A stretch of 63,989 bases of DNA, filler included, from Basidioascus undulatus (taxonomy: Eukaryota), in assembly GCA_000826855.1 (NCBI GenBank). It is 5 parts of 5 records of this genome, joined end to end, with 100 filler letters (N's around TTAATTAATTAA, not from the genome) between each part and the next. Parts side by side here need not be neighbours in the genome. Positions count along the whole stretch, not along the records: positions 17,582 to 46,766 come from JTLS01000135.1; positions 46,867 to 55,554 come from JTLS01001350.1; 3 more parts are not named here. One strand, written 5' to 3'. Positions 37,864 to 50,906 of this stretch are shown here, in pieces. The notes beneath the pieces are model-generated. The model ran no database searches and was not told the origin of the DNA. It saw only the letters and a program-made list of their open reading frames with translations. The position numbers were made by a program, and so were the translations under genes. Each line of letters begins with the position of its first letter. Within the stretch, counting starts at the first letter, position 1.

Positions 37864-39522
37864 GCTTGCGCGGAAGAGGGCATGGAATTCGATGAGGGGA
37901 AAGAGTTATGAGGATGATGCCACTGTACTGTGGGGTATTGGCATGGAAGGGAGCAAACGGTCTAGCGGTTGCGCCATGTACGAGCAAACTGTGCGCTACA
38001 AGCGGCGATTCATTGTCGGCTTAACATTTTGCATGCAGCGAGTTTTATTATGAGTTGAACTTAGTTAGACGCCCAATTCCTCTCAAAAATACAGCACTTG
38101 GGAGCAAGTCAGCTTGAGCAGCACGAGTGCATGGTTTCCGATCCTGGCAGGTCGAAGCAGTCATTTGTCGCTTGTTCGTCTCAAAAATGCGTATTAAAAG
38201 GAACAACACGCCCCAATTACTCTTCAAAAGGGGAAAATGAAAAGCTGAAGAAACACAGAACCTCTCAAACAGTGGATCACATGCTTGCGACTGTGCCGCC
38301 GTACTATCCCTCTGCACGCATCCACTCTGCCAGCTCGTCTACACCCGCAAGCACCGAAGCCCAGTCCGACCCTTCCCGAACCTCAAGCAAAGCCGCTTGA
38401 CTCGACACAGCGTCCGGTTGGGCCCCCTTTAACTTCCACTCAAGCCGTCGAGTATGGGCGGCGGCCTCGTTGGCGAGGCACTGGCGGAGATCTGTGAGCT
38501 GATGTTGGACCCTTGAGCTCCACGGGGAATAGGGAGGAGGAATGCAGATATCACAAGGTCTATCCTAGGGAAGGGAGGATAGAGAGGAGGCGGGAAACAT
38601 CGAAGGGCTTTGGCTCAGGGAATTCAGCGACGAGTGGGCGAGCGCTGGAACGGTTGAGGCGGGGACGTCGTAAAGACCTGTTTGTGTATCGGATGGCGAT
38701 TGAGCACCTATTAATTAGATAAGTCACTGTTTTTTTTTTTTCATCAAGGCTAAAGCAGCATCTTGAGGGACTGCAAGGCGGCCTTCTTGGCAGCTGCGTG
38801 TGCGAAGGCGTTACAGGAAGGTGCACATCAGCTCGGATTATCGAACCAGCTTCCGTAACGAGATAGAAGTTGGTACTCTCCTTATATTCTTGTTTATGCT
38901 CTCTCCATTCCGAGTCCGAGGCCTGCACAATCGCGGCGAATGCAGCGCGCTCGTTTTTGAGGCTGGACGGACTGCGGCCTCAGTCGCCGTCGAGGAACTG
39001 GCATGGCCCGACGACGTCCCATGCCTTCTGAAACATATTCAAGTCACTTCGGATGGTAGTTGGGCCGGTCCTCCGGTCGAGTATATCCCGGGTAGCGGGG
39101 CGGACGTAGGTCGGGAGCTCACTTTGCCGCGCGACATTGTGGACCGGGTCATGACAGAGGAGGGTGCCTTAAGCGAAGTTTACACAAACCTAATTGTCGG
39201 GATTCAGTTGTGACATACAAGGTATTCACGAGCGAAATGCACTGTTTTGTGCGGCAAAGTATGGTATATGTCGCGGTCGTGCGGAGACCACGAGGGCGAA
39301 AGACAGGAGGCCGCCCAAGGCCAAACGGCTTTGATTTTGAATCAAGCCCGCTCGGCGGAAGCAAGCGCCCAGGGGGAGGCCTAGATTACAAAACTGCAAA
39401 TAAATACGTTTTCCCAGGCATGTCTGGCCAAGGTCGCAGAGCGCACAACATATTGTAACAAAGCAGCACAGTCACAGAGCTTTCCCAACAACCCGCTTCC
39501 TCCCACTCCGGTCATCTAAGAT

Positions 39523-42360
39523 CTAAGCCCTCGTAGGAGCGAAACCCGTAGCTGGAAGCGGTGCCGCAAGCGGGTCGAGATCCTCGCGACCGGCAGACTT
39601 GTCGTCGGCGTCGCTCGATTTGCCGTCTTGGCTGACCGCCACGGACGCCGCGTCGTGCTCGAGCTTGGCGTAGTAGGCTCTTCAGATGTTGATAAGTCTG
39701 TCAGATCCGATTCTATCTAGAAGAGACTGAGGAACATGGAGGCTGGATAAACAGAAAGGCAAAACGTACTCGTCCCGGTTCGAGAGGTAACGAACCACCT
39801 TGTAATCGACAATACAGACCCAGCGGAAATTAGGACGAATAGGAATCATACTACCTTAAATCGGCATTAGGAAAACGCACTTGAGTGAACACCATCTGAA
39901 GGGTCGAAACAACACAAGAAAAGATGAAGCCCCTCTTGAAGCGGGGGCCTTCGACGGTGGGATAGGTCAGGAGAGGAATGAAAGCCGTTGACGCTTAGGA
40001 GAGGGTGTTCATGACGATGAGACTGCAAGAAATATTCGAGTGGATAATCTTTACCTTGATCCGAAGCGCTCGTAGAACTGATAACTCACACAATCGCTCT
40101 TTCTTCCTGATCCCGGCGGAGAATGTCGTTTGACCAGCCTATACAGTTGAAGCCCAGATGAGTGGGGAGAAGGAGGCGACCCTCTGCTTTGGGGCATATC
40201 TCACCATACAGGGTTGAACTCTGAGAATAGCTGAATCCGAAGAGGTTGTGGGCGACGTATTTGGCGGAGTCGGGAACATTCCAAATTGCCTGGTGAAAGG
40301 GCGATCAGCATGAGTACTACTGAGGTTGTACCTATGCAGCATTCTAACAAACCAGAACGAGAACTCCGAGTAGGTTGCCCGTGTTAGCGGCGGTGATAGC
40401 CCCCCATTGGCAACGGAAGATGTCGCCGGCGAAGTTGATGGCGAGGACATACTGCTCTCGTCGAGAATCTTCCCGTCCGATGAACTAGATATCGAGCCAG
40501 TCTTACTAGCATTCCGAGAGCAGGTTGCGTGACTGACAGATCACTGTTTGACCGCTGTAAGTCGAGGTAGCTCCGTAAAGAGAGCGAGATGGACGCACTT
40601 GACTCGGCTAATATCATGCGGAAACTTCTGTTTGAGCCAGAGGATATAGGCGGCTTGGAGAAACTTGCCAACGTTCCAGAACCTGTACACAGGGGGTTAG
40701 TGGGGAACAAACCGAAGCAGGAAATTGCGCACTAACAAGATATCCCAGATCGACAACACCCATATCTTCCAACCTTTAAGGACCTTCCAGATTTTGGCTT
40801 TCGAGAAACCAGTCGGCTTTAAAGAGTGACCTGCACGCTGGAGACGTTTCTGCGCCAGTTCAACCTCGGTCTTGGAAATGAAGAAACTGCATTGGAATAT
40901 CAGCTTGTACTGGTGTACGATGCCTGTAACTCTTTGGTAGCGGACCTCCTGCATTTGTCTGGCGTGCCTGGCCAGGCAAAATACCCAATCAAGCCGATGG
41001 GGATCGTGATGACCGCATTGACAATGAAGTTCCACCTCCACCTTCGGAAGTCACAGCATGATCTTGGAGATTTCGAAGTGGCGGACTTACCCGGCAAGTC
41101 CAAGGTGGCCGTCCAGATTGCGGAAGGTGGCGCCTTGCAGGAGGCCGGCAGTGAGCTGACCGAGCGTCAAGCCCAGGTAGAAGAACCTGGTTGATTGGCA
41201 TGTATGAGGTCAACTCTCCAACGCAGGGTAGCTAGAATCATACCCGCCACGCCGCCCAATCTCTGCGGCAATCCATGGGTTAAGCGAAAAGCTACGAACA
41301 TAAATGCAGTACATCACTCGGGACATACAGTCTTTACGATACCACGCTCCCAGGCTGGATTTTGGGTGCGGGGGTGAGTGTCTCGGTCACGGGTACGAAG
41401 AAAACCCAACCATTACACCCAATGCACCGCGGGGAAAAAGGCAGCCTAGAAGCATATGTCAGCCTGAGCCATTCCGGGTAAATTGAGTAGTGATACTGAT
41501 ACCTCAAAAGCACCAATAAGGAATCGGTATGCCATGACCTCGGCATAAGAGTTGGAGCGATATTGCAACTGTGACGGGGTTGTCAGCGTTGAGCCCGCGA
41601 ATGCACATCGACCAGTCCCATCACATACTAGGGTGACGATGCCCCACAACTAGTGAAAGGTACCCTCAGAGTCTGCACGAGTAGAAAACCTTGAGTAGGA
41701 TCCGACGTACCAGATCAAGGGAGGGGACCGTGAAGTCTGCAGAAGCGTCAGCGCGACGCAACTGCACGGCCTTTGAGCAGCACCGGCTCACTCATGGGCA
41801 CCTTCGTGAATATCCACATGAATGGCAGCTGCATAAGCGCTGCCCCCACCGTGTACACCATCTTTGGTGAAGTCTATCAGGATATACTCATATGGGACGA
41901 GGTTAAGAACGAACCTGGAACTGCACCAGCTCATTACCGTGGAAGTTGAGGTCATCGGACATGCCTGACACATAAGCATTATCTGCAGGTAATACAGAAG
42001 CTCAGCGTCTCTATCTCTGGCTGACAGTCTTGCGGGAACCACATACTGATGTTGCTCTGTTCATGACATGACTTCAGTCTCAACACGCCCCAACGCAAGC
42101 GACGCGATCAGGCGCTCACCTGGTCAAGGTATTTTGTCCAGTAACAATGAAAGCGTCTGTGAGATGGACCGAGAAACGGTTATTCAGAAGACCAACAGGA
42201 TCTCTTCGTTTGCACGCACAAAAAGTAACGAGCAAGTCCAGCTTCCAGATTAGTTTGCGCTCCTCTGGGGTGTCGTGCTCGTCGAACCACCGAAAGTTGA
42301 ACCACTTGCCATGCTTCGGAGCTGCTTGTGTCGCATGCGTCCACCTGCTCCGCCGACATA
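39523..42360 (-). pseudogene. MFS anion:cation symporter (Fen2/Liz1 pantothenate-transporter-like) pseudogene
   Basis: WFDEHDTPEERKLIWKLDLL, VKYLDQ, SGMSDDLNFHGNEL, YRFLIGAFE, ITIPIGLIGYFAWPGTP, PTVEGPRFKRGF. In-frame TAA at 39995-39997 (NTLS*AST); no in-frame ATG for the first exon. Confidence 0.85.
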
Positions 42361-44314
42361 TCGTGAAAGGGATTTGACGAGGACTTCACGAAAAGGAATA
42401 ACAGATGAACTGGGGCAACTCTGCGGATATAAGACTGCATCATGACTGTAGATGTGGATGTGTCGATTGCGAATGTGAAGACGCGATACCTCCGCACGAT
42501 GGTAAAAGAAGGGCTGTCTTATCGCAGAAGTATGAGATTAAGTTTAGGATCAGGTACCGTTAACCCTCTGCCGGGGCAAGACAAGCGTTCAGAGCCCGAA
42601 TGAGCACTGAAGCGACGAAATCACGCAATATTCTCCGCTGCAGCGGGTGCAGACGAGCAAGCCTGCCGAGTCTGTATCCCTTCCAAACTTCATGTAAAGT
42701 AGAGATTAATGTTCTGTTCAAGGGAAATCGGTCGTGCTGTTGCAGTCTAAGCCGACGACAGCTGGGGCGACGGTGCGAGCATGCACCCTCCTGTAAAATG
42801 ACGGCGGTCACTACGATTCCTCCGTCAGTTTTTGCTTCCAACTGCATACTTGGGATACTGTTAGTCCAAGCCTCCAACCCTATGCCACGCCGGGGTACGG
42901 GGAAGAAGACCGGAATGAGTTGCGACTTCAAGGTGCAACAATCCGCAACACCGCTCGGTTGACAAGTCCCTCGTACTCCCCGGGGGAGAAGTTAAGCACG
43001 CCTTGACATCCGCAGAACAAACAAAGAGGCTCTTTTAAAAGATCCAACTGCTGGCAAATAAAACAGGAGGGCGTGTATACCCGGCGGCAGATGGATCACT
43101 TGCGGACGCATGCCGCTTCCGCAGCGGGTTGGGTTACACATCCGTGCAGCTCGCCATTGACGATGGCCGTGCTGGTGAGAGGTGAGGAGTTACTGAATGA
43201 CCAGAGACAGAAACAGCTATGTACACCATAGCGAGCCCCCATCTGCTCAGCTTCATCGCATCTCTGCGCCCATCCCCTTCTCGCGCACGGTCCATCTCCT
43301 TCCCTTCCGCCGTCTCAAGGTCACCACCCTCTCCTCCGGACGGCCGTCACCTGCGCCTGATCGGGAAAGAGCCCCGCACTGCCAGGATCAGTGGCGTGTT
43401 GTATCTCGCCTTTGATCAGCAGGCGTTCCATCCGCCGCAGTCTTTCCCCGGCGATGGGGCGGAAAGCTTGCATCACCGGGTGTCGAAACAGAACACCTGA
43501 TCAGTCTCTGACGCGCGCTCGCTGAGGCTTCAGCCCTCGTAACCGTGCCTAGCCCAGTATCGCACAACGCAGCACTATTCAGCACATACTATCATTGTGC
43601 GGTGTGCGAGGTTGACACTGATCGAGCGCGAAGGCAGGCTACGAGATTGCGCAAGCGTGTACGAAAACGATTTGAAGCGAACTAGGCACGAGGACGATTA
43701 CGAGCTTCGAGCAAGCAGAGATGATAAACTGAGAAGAAACGACATTGGGGGTACAAGAAAGAGATGATTTTCGAGCGCCGGTCGAGTGAAAAGCCTTGAG
43801 ATGAGATGGAACAGCGGGATCGAAGGGCGACGGGAAAAGACGGCAAGGCCCTGCGAGATCGAAAGTGCGACCGCGCGGGATGGAAGGGCGACCTTAACAA
43901 GCATGATCGGCGCTTGGGGTAGGTGGGAAGGAGGACGACGACGAGCGAGGTGGAAGGCGGGCGATGATGTTGATGTACACCAGCGGGAAGGGGCGGTTCG
44001 GTCGAGGCAATGGTCAGTACGTGGGAAGTTTGGTAGTGGAATGGAATGTGAAACGAGGTCGGGGAGACGAGGCGGTTGGTGCGCCGCGAGAGGCGAGTCG
44101 AGGAGGGGCGAGGCGAGCGACGATGATGAACGATGGAGGCTCTGCTCGAGCTCGATTGGCTTCGCGCCTGAAGTGAACGGAACGGACGAAGCATCAGCGG
44201 GTGTCCCTCGATACCCGAAGGGCAGCCAGACTCGACGAAGCTCGCCGCCATCCGCCCCAGCCTATCCCAACCTTGCACCTGAAAGAACGAACTGACTCAC
44301 CCATCCTTGCTACA

Positions 44315-46055
44315 TCAGTCCTCCCTCTCCCTCTTCAGGCCCTGCGCGACGACAGGGTCCACCGCCGCCTCCATCACCCCCGCGCCGAGGCCGACCTCCG
44401 CGTCGTGCGCCTGCTCCTGCGCCGGCACTTGCCCGTTCGCCTCCGCGCCGATTCCCATCGCCTTGAGCGCCTCGATCTGCTGCGCGCTCGGCAGGGGCAG
44501 CGCAGGGTCGTACTGCTGCTCGTCCTCGGTGGGCTGAACGGGCGGGGGGACGGGCGCGGGCGCGGGGGACTCGTCCATCCTCTGACGCTTCGCATCGGGC
44601 AGGGACGCCTCGCGCTCGCGCGTGTGGTGATTGTGGTAGCTATCCCCGCTGTCCCTGCGCTCGCGGGGCTCACGCTCGGGCGAGGCAAAGTCGGGCAGGG
44701 CGCTCGGCGTGTCCGCGCGACTCTGGAGCTCCCTCGCCGCGCGCTCGACGATCCTGAGCGCGAGCTTGACGCCGTCGCCCCTGCCCGCGGCGTCCCATTC
44801 GCGCTGGAGGCGCTCGAAGCGCTCCTCGGCGTCCCGCTCGCGCCGGCGCGCCTCGTCCCGCTGCCGCCGGAAGTCGTCCGCCTCCCGCGAGTCGTGGTTC
44901 GCATCGCGCAGGCGGTCCCGCAGGCGCTGCGCCTCGCGCAGGTGGTTCCCGCCCAAGCGCCGCTCCTCCTCGAGCCGGCGCGCGTGGTCGTCCGCGCGCC
45001 GCAGGGACTCTTGCAGGGCGTCCTGCGTCCGCTTCACGAGCGTCACGGCGCGCTGGAGCTCTGCGAGGAGGCAATCGCCGCGCGAGCGCTCCGAGTTGTA
45101 CGCGCGCTCGTCGACCAGCGCGGGCGGCTGGCCTCCGAACGTGTACTGCGCGACGTTGAGCTGGTCGATCGGCGGGTTGTACGGTTGGAGTAGCGCAGCG
45201 GTCGCAGAGGACGTGGAGGAGACGGCGAGGGGCGCGGCGGGGGAGTACGACAGGTCGCCGGCTACGGGCGGAGGGGGGTATCCCGCCCCGGGACCGTACG
45301 CTGGCGGGTGGTCGTATGGCGGCCCGGGCGGAGGCGGCGCGGGCGCGGGCAGGTAGTATCCCGCTCCCGCGCCGGAGGGGTGAGGTCCGCCAGGGCCGGT
45401 GTCGTAGATCCGCTCGCGCGGGCCCTTGCCGGAGGGGTCGTTGATCGACTTTTTGCCGATTTTGTTCTGCGGGGCGGGAGAGATGAAGTGAGACGATGAA
45501 GGGTGGATGAAAAGTACGAGAGAGAAAATGAGACGCACGGTGGCAAGCGCCATGGACACCTTGATGTTGCGTCCGTGCATGCGGAACTTGTCCATCTTGG
45601 CCATCGCCTCGAGCGCGTCGGGCATGGTCTTGTACGAGATGCTGCGCGAGTAACCCAACCCGACGTCTCAACTCGACGTCCCTGCCCGCAAAAACCTACG
45701 CAGAACCGAACGCAAGAGACGCACAAGGCATAAGTCCCGTTTTGGGACGAAGACGTCGGCGGGAAGAGCTTGATCGAGGTGCTGGCATTCCAAAGCGGAT
45801 GAGCAACAGGGAGCGGACGGGGGCGGCGAGACCAAGACGGACATCGGTCCAAAGCGCGAAAATTGGCTGTACAAATCATCTTCGTGGACCTCCAGAGGGA
45901 CGTTCCCGAGATACAGCCGCGAGGGCTGGTTCGGGTCGTCGGGGGCAGGCGCGGGCGCGTAGCGAGACCTGTGAGCGATCGAAAAGGACGCGAGTCAGCG
46001 AACAGGTGCGATAGAATGCGATGTACGATCGATTTTGTGCGCATGAAACGGACAT
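44315..46055 (-). CDS. RRM + Pro-rich + coiled-coil RNA-binding protein
   Basis: RNP2-like RLYLGNVPLEVHEDDLYSQFSRFG, RNP1-like GTYAL|ISY, AMAKMDKFRMHGRNIKVS; ATG apparently split by the first intron; long last exon with coiled coil. Confidence 0.8.
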
Positions 46056-46644
46056 TGTGATTGTCAGTGATCGGGTACCGACGAGGAGGAGCAGTTGACG
46101 GCGAGGGATCAACATGAAGCCGCGTCGAAGTCGTGGGAACGAGGCGGGAGAGCCGGTCGGCGGTTACGGCTGCTTGACTCGACGGTCCCTTACTTACCTT
46201 CACACTCATTTTACATTGCACACTCGCAATCTTTCGAACAAGCGCCTCACAAAAAATGGTACTGATGCCAGAAAAACTTCATTGACACGCTGCGTATCGC
46301 CCTACGAACTGGGTGGGTGCCATCGGTCCTATTCGATTCAAGTCGGACTCCCCGGTTCGATCCACCTTCACCGACGCCTCCTGCACGCTGTAACTGCCAC
46401 CGCTCCCAAGTTTCCTTGAATCCATCGCTCCTATCTTCTCTCAATTCGAACTGAACCAGCTCGTACCCCTAAATCACATGCATCCGCGTCTCGGATCTGT
46501 GTCTCGCCCGGCGCTCAGCCAGCCAACTCGCCAACTCGAACTGACCTGCCAGCCGCCGCCGCGCCCCCCTCGCTTGCTCATCGACTGACCACAGCCTCAC
46601 TCGCACACTCACCCAATACTTTGCCCCAGCCCAGCACACTGACC

Positions 46645-46766
46645 ATGTTCATTCCGTTTGCTTATCGCTCGCCCGAAGGCCTCAATAACTCGCCTCCCCC
46701 GCACTCCTACGCCGCCCCACCTCCTTCGGCGCTCGACAAGCTCGCAGTCCCGGAGCAGCTCCAGGA
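46645..46766 (+). CDS. 5' fragment of an unknown gene, cut by gap
   Basis: accATG after a pyrimidine-rich leader; frame stays open into the gap. Confidence 0.4.
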
Positions 46767-46866
46767 NNNNNNNNNNNNNNNNNNNNNNNNNNNNNNNNNN
46801 NNNNNNNNNNTTAATTAATTAANNNNNNNNNNNNNNNNNNNNNNNNNNNNNNNNNNNNNNNNNNNN
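46767..46866. other. Assembly gap spacer
   Basis: N..TTAATTAATTAA..N linker. Confidence 0.98.
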
Positions 46867-49082
46867 CTTCCCGACTTTCGCGCCTGCACCCGCGCCTGCG
46901 CCGGCTCCCGTCCCGGCCCTGGCCCCAGCGAAGGAGCAGCTTAACATCTCCGCCGCCTCCGTCCCACAGCAGCCCGAGGAGTCCACCACGCCGCCCAACT
47001 CGCCCCCCCCCCGCGCTGCGTGGGTCCCCGCTCTGCCCGCACCCCTGCAGGAGGAGAACAAGGTCGTCCCAGAGGAGGAGGTCCGGTCGGAGCCGCGCAC
47101 GTCAGAGCCGACGCAGACGGTCTTCTTCGATGCGCCCGAGCACCAGCAGCAGCAGTCCGAGCACGAGGTGGAGGTCGAGACGCCCGCGGTGTACTCCACC
47201 CGCGCGTCCTCTGCCATCGTCGACCCCGCCCCCCCGCTCCCGCCCGCGCTCGCGCCCATTGACGACCCGACCATGCGCCTCGAGGAGCTCGCCGCGCCCG
47301 CGCCGCCCGCCCCTACCCCTGCGAAGGGCAAGGCGAAAGCGAAGGAGGAGCCGATCGTGATCAGCGATGATGAAGAGGCGGACGTGGAGGATGCGATGGA
47401 GGAGGACGAGGAGGAGGATGCGGAGGGCGAGGAGGACGAGGAGATGCCGGAGGAGGAGCCGGAGGAGGTCATCGTCTCCCAGAAGAAGACCAAGAAGCCC
47501 ATCGAGCAGCCACAAGCGCAGCAGGCGAAGGGCAAGAGCCGCGCACCCTCTGTCGAGCGAGAGAAGAAGGTGCGTCGTCGTTGGATGCAGTCGTACAGCT
47601 CATACGCGCGAGGCTGACCTTTGGACGGGACGGACGACAGAACCAGCTCGCGACGTCCACGTTTGGGGCGTCCCAGCTCGGCATGTCCACCTCGTCCCAG
47701 ACCTCCAACATGTACCTCGCCAAGTCGCTCGGCAAGAAGCCCGCCCCGGGCAAGGTCAAGTCCCTGCAGCTGGCGCAGCAGGCGGCGGAGAAGGTGCACT
47801 CTCGTTCACATTCACGCTCCCGTCCTGCGTACGTCTTGGGGACACAACACGAGACTGATGCTGCGTCCGCTCTTGAACAGGACCGCATCGCCGCGGAGAA
47901 CAGGGCGGCCAACAGGCGCGAGGTCGAGGAGCGCAAGGCGCGCGCGGCGCGCGAGAAGGAGGAGGAGGAGAAGCGCAAGCGCCAGGAGGAGCTCGAGAAG
48001 CGCAAGCGCGCGAGGGAGGAGCAGCAGCAGGCGCGCTTGGCCAAGAGCAAGAGCGCTGCGACGAGGGTGCGTTGTGTTGCTCTTTCTAATTGTTATCGTG
48101 TTGAAGCGAGGCTGATCGAGGTAGTTGTGTACAGGGTCAGAGCGACGATGAGATGGGCAAGAAGCGGCTCAAGGTCGACGACGCCAAGGACAACAGCAAG
48201 CCCAAGCGCGTCATCCCCGGGCCCAAGTCCAAGGTCGCCCCCGCCCCGACGGCGAGCACCAACAGTAAGTCGGTGCGCGCCCCGCAGGCGAGCAGCCTCA
48301 AGGCGTCCGCATCGTCCCGCATCCCCGAGAACAACGCCTCCGCGTCCTCATCATGCGTATCCGCGCCCACGCGCCCGAGCGCTTCGACCGCCGCCGCAGG
48401 CCCGCCGCGCGTGCTCCGCCCGTCCGCAAGCTCGGGCACCCTCAGCCTCAAGAACATGGGCGCGTCGACGTCCCAGCAGCAGCACCACTCGCAGCAGACC
48501 CCCCAGCAGCAGCAGCAGCCGGGCTTCACGCGCGTCCCACGCATCGACAACGCTGGGCCGACGCACGCCCAGCTCCGCCAGATGCAGGAGCTCAGCGTCG
48601 AGGCGACCGTCCAGTCCGAGTCGATCGAGCTTCCGGACATCGCTTCTGAGTGCTTCCTCCTTCCTCTCTCTTCTCTCCTATTTCCCTCCTCGCTCTTTGT
48701 CTTTCTGCTGGACGCATCTGACATGGCGGGGTTCAAACAGGTACTCGGACTCGGACGACGACACGCCCAAGAACTACACGCTTCCTCCGTGGGCGAACTC
48801 GCCGCACGTGCGCGAGCAGCTCCAGCAGCAGGCGACGATGAACCCGGACGAGGTCTTCGGCACCATCCCCGCGCTCCAGATGGAGGACATCTTCGGCCAC
48901 CGTGGCGCGACGCGCTTCCGCGCGCGCCCGAGCTCCGCCGTCTGGAGCCGCGACCAGGTCACGCCCGCCGAGGAACGCGAATATGCGACGCGCATGGGTG
49001 CGTTTGCGTTTGCGTTTGCAGTCGAGGATTGAGAATGTGGCTGACTGGTTCAACGTGGCGGTCTGCAGGCTTCACTCAGTGA
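46867..49082 (+). CDS. INCENP: Inner centromere protein INCENP (Sli15/Pic1), 5' truncated
   Basis: KVKSLQLAQQAAEK plus charged coiled coil; IN-box ELPDIASE|YSDSDDD..LPPWANSP..NPDEVFG..LQMEDIF..RFRARPSSAVW. Confidence 0.92.
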
Positions 49083-49914
49083 GCATCGGGGCGATACTCG
49101 GCTCTTCCTTCGATAGGGGAGGGCGAAGCAGTCATGACGTCTCTTTCTGTTTTTATTCCATTCATCATTTGCATATGCTTCACACAATCATATATCCACA
49201 CACGACCCCATTCCATCCACATCTCACGTCCACGCGAACCACCCATACGCTCATCCCCATTACTGCGCATCTCAATCATTCGCCAGTTCATCATGGAACA
49301 CTTCCCTCCCATGCTTTTGTTTTCCTCCTGTTGTTCCTGCACACGGTGCTGCGCAAAGACGCCGCTGGCTTTTTGTTGCGTTACATTTATGCATTCCTCA
49401 GCTTCGCATCAGGATAGTGTGCCAGTGGGCCGAGTGGCTTTTGGTCGCCTATTAAGGGCGCAATCGCAATAGGCTGGGAGATGTATCTGCGCTGCGCCGG
49501 CGAGCTGTATAAGCAAGTGAGGGATATTATGTATTACGAGGGGTCGGAGAGGTAACAACGTAATGGACGGCGTCGAGATCGAGGATTGATAGGCGACACG
49601 AGCGTGAAGTTTTGTGGCAGGAACAAGCCGCACAGATGGACGCATTGCTGACGCCTGAAGGATCAGGACGCCCAGCCGATCATGTATCTCACAGTGTATC
49701 CATCACTTAATATCCACTTTGGGGCTGTACATTGCCTGTCTGTGGCATTCGAAAGTTCTCTTCCGACGCTGCGAATGCAAGTTTGCTGGCGCAGGCGATG
49801 CTGTCCTGCAGAAGTTTCGATAGCTCATGGCTACGGTCCAAAGGTACATTTTTGAGTGGAAGGGGATGAGTTGAAGCTCTGAGTTGCCCGCAACATTCTG
49901 GCTGATGGCCAGTC

Positions 49915-50906
49915 TAGTTGCCGGACTGTCAAGTCGCAGCGGTGATTAGGTCAGGCCGCAGTTCACGCTGAATGGCGCTCGTGAACCATGGACTGCACGT
50001 TTTTCTTCTCATCCATCTTCTTGTCATCGTCTTTTTATTTCTCAGCGTCCTAATGAGAATGAGGCCAGCACCAGAATACGGGCTGGATATGGGCCAAACG
50101 TTGACTGCACCTTCTTTTTGTCGTCGTCCTTCTCATCCTTCTTCTTGTAATTCATCCTGCGAGGCGTGTTCAGCAGTAACCCAAGATTCACAATGTATTC
50201 AGTCAAACTTCCGCTGCACCTTCTTCTTGGCATCGTCTTTCTTCTCATCGTCCTAACATCGTCTTTCTTCTCATCGTCCTAATGAGAAACAGATCAGGAC
50301 ACCAGATGGGTGATGGATATGAGTAAAGCGTTGGTGCACCTTCTTCTTCTCATCCTTATTCTCCTCGCGCTTCCGCTTATCATCCTTCTTCTTGTCCTCG
50401 TCTTGAACGAGAAACTCAGCGAAAGCTCAGATGTCCCTATGGATGCAAGTAAAGCATTGAAGCACCTTCTTCTTGTCATCCTCCGGCGAGACCGCATTGG
50501 GGCAGCAACAGTCCACACCCGATGTTGAATGCAGCATCAACGGCACCTTCTTGTCCTCGTTCTAGTGAGGATAGGGTCAGGGAAAACCAGATGAATACGG
50601 GGGGAACCTTCGCACCTTCACACTTCAGGTTGGATGCAGAGTCAACTGTGCCTTCTTCTCCTTGTCACCGTCTTTCTTTGTCGTCGTGCTTCTGTTCCTC
50701 CTGGCGCAAAGGTTGGTCGTCAACAACACTGCTTCCTCCCAGTGGGCCTAAGTAACGTGCCTTTTTGAAGTTGCCGTTCCAGTGACGCTTGCTCAAATAC
50801 GCGCATCACGGCGGCTCAGCATGTTAGAGCCTGTCGCGGCGTTGAGCGGCATGGCTCTGGCGGAGGCGGAGAAGGCAACGACCGCGAGGATGCGGCTGGT
50901 GCGCAT
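49915..50906 (-). pseudogene. Predicted secreted Asp/Glu/Lys-rich repeat protein built from tandem microexon+intron modules, disrupted
   Basis: Signal-peptide-like MRTSRILAVVAFSASARAMP; short exons (NEDKK, DDKKK, DDEKKDDAKKK etc.) mostly ending AAG|GTGC; mutually similar introns; TAA and off-phase exons. Confidence 0.65.
50231..50282. repeat. Perfect 26-bp tandem duplication
   Basis: CATCGTCTTTCTTCTCATCGTCCTAA twice. Confidence 0.95.

Noticed and set aside
38800..39213. 137-aa ORF
   Set aside because: No start context or recognisable domain.
46310..46372. GGTTCGATCC tRNA T-loop/B-box-like motif
   Set aside because: No cloverleaf, T-stem or A-box could be built around it.
48998..49020. (GCGTTT)n microsatellite
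   Set aside because: Short intronic simple repeat.
49990..50680. CRISPR-like repeat-spacer periodicity
   Set aside because: Repeats are degenerate and end in splice signals; eukaryotic context and no cas genes.
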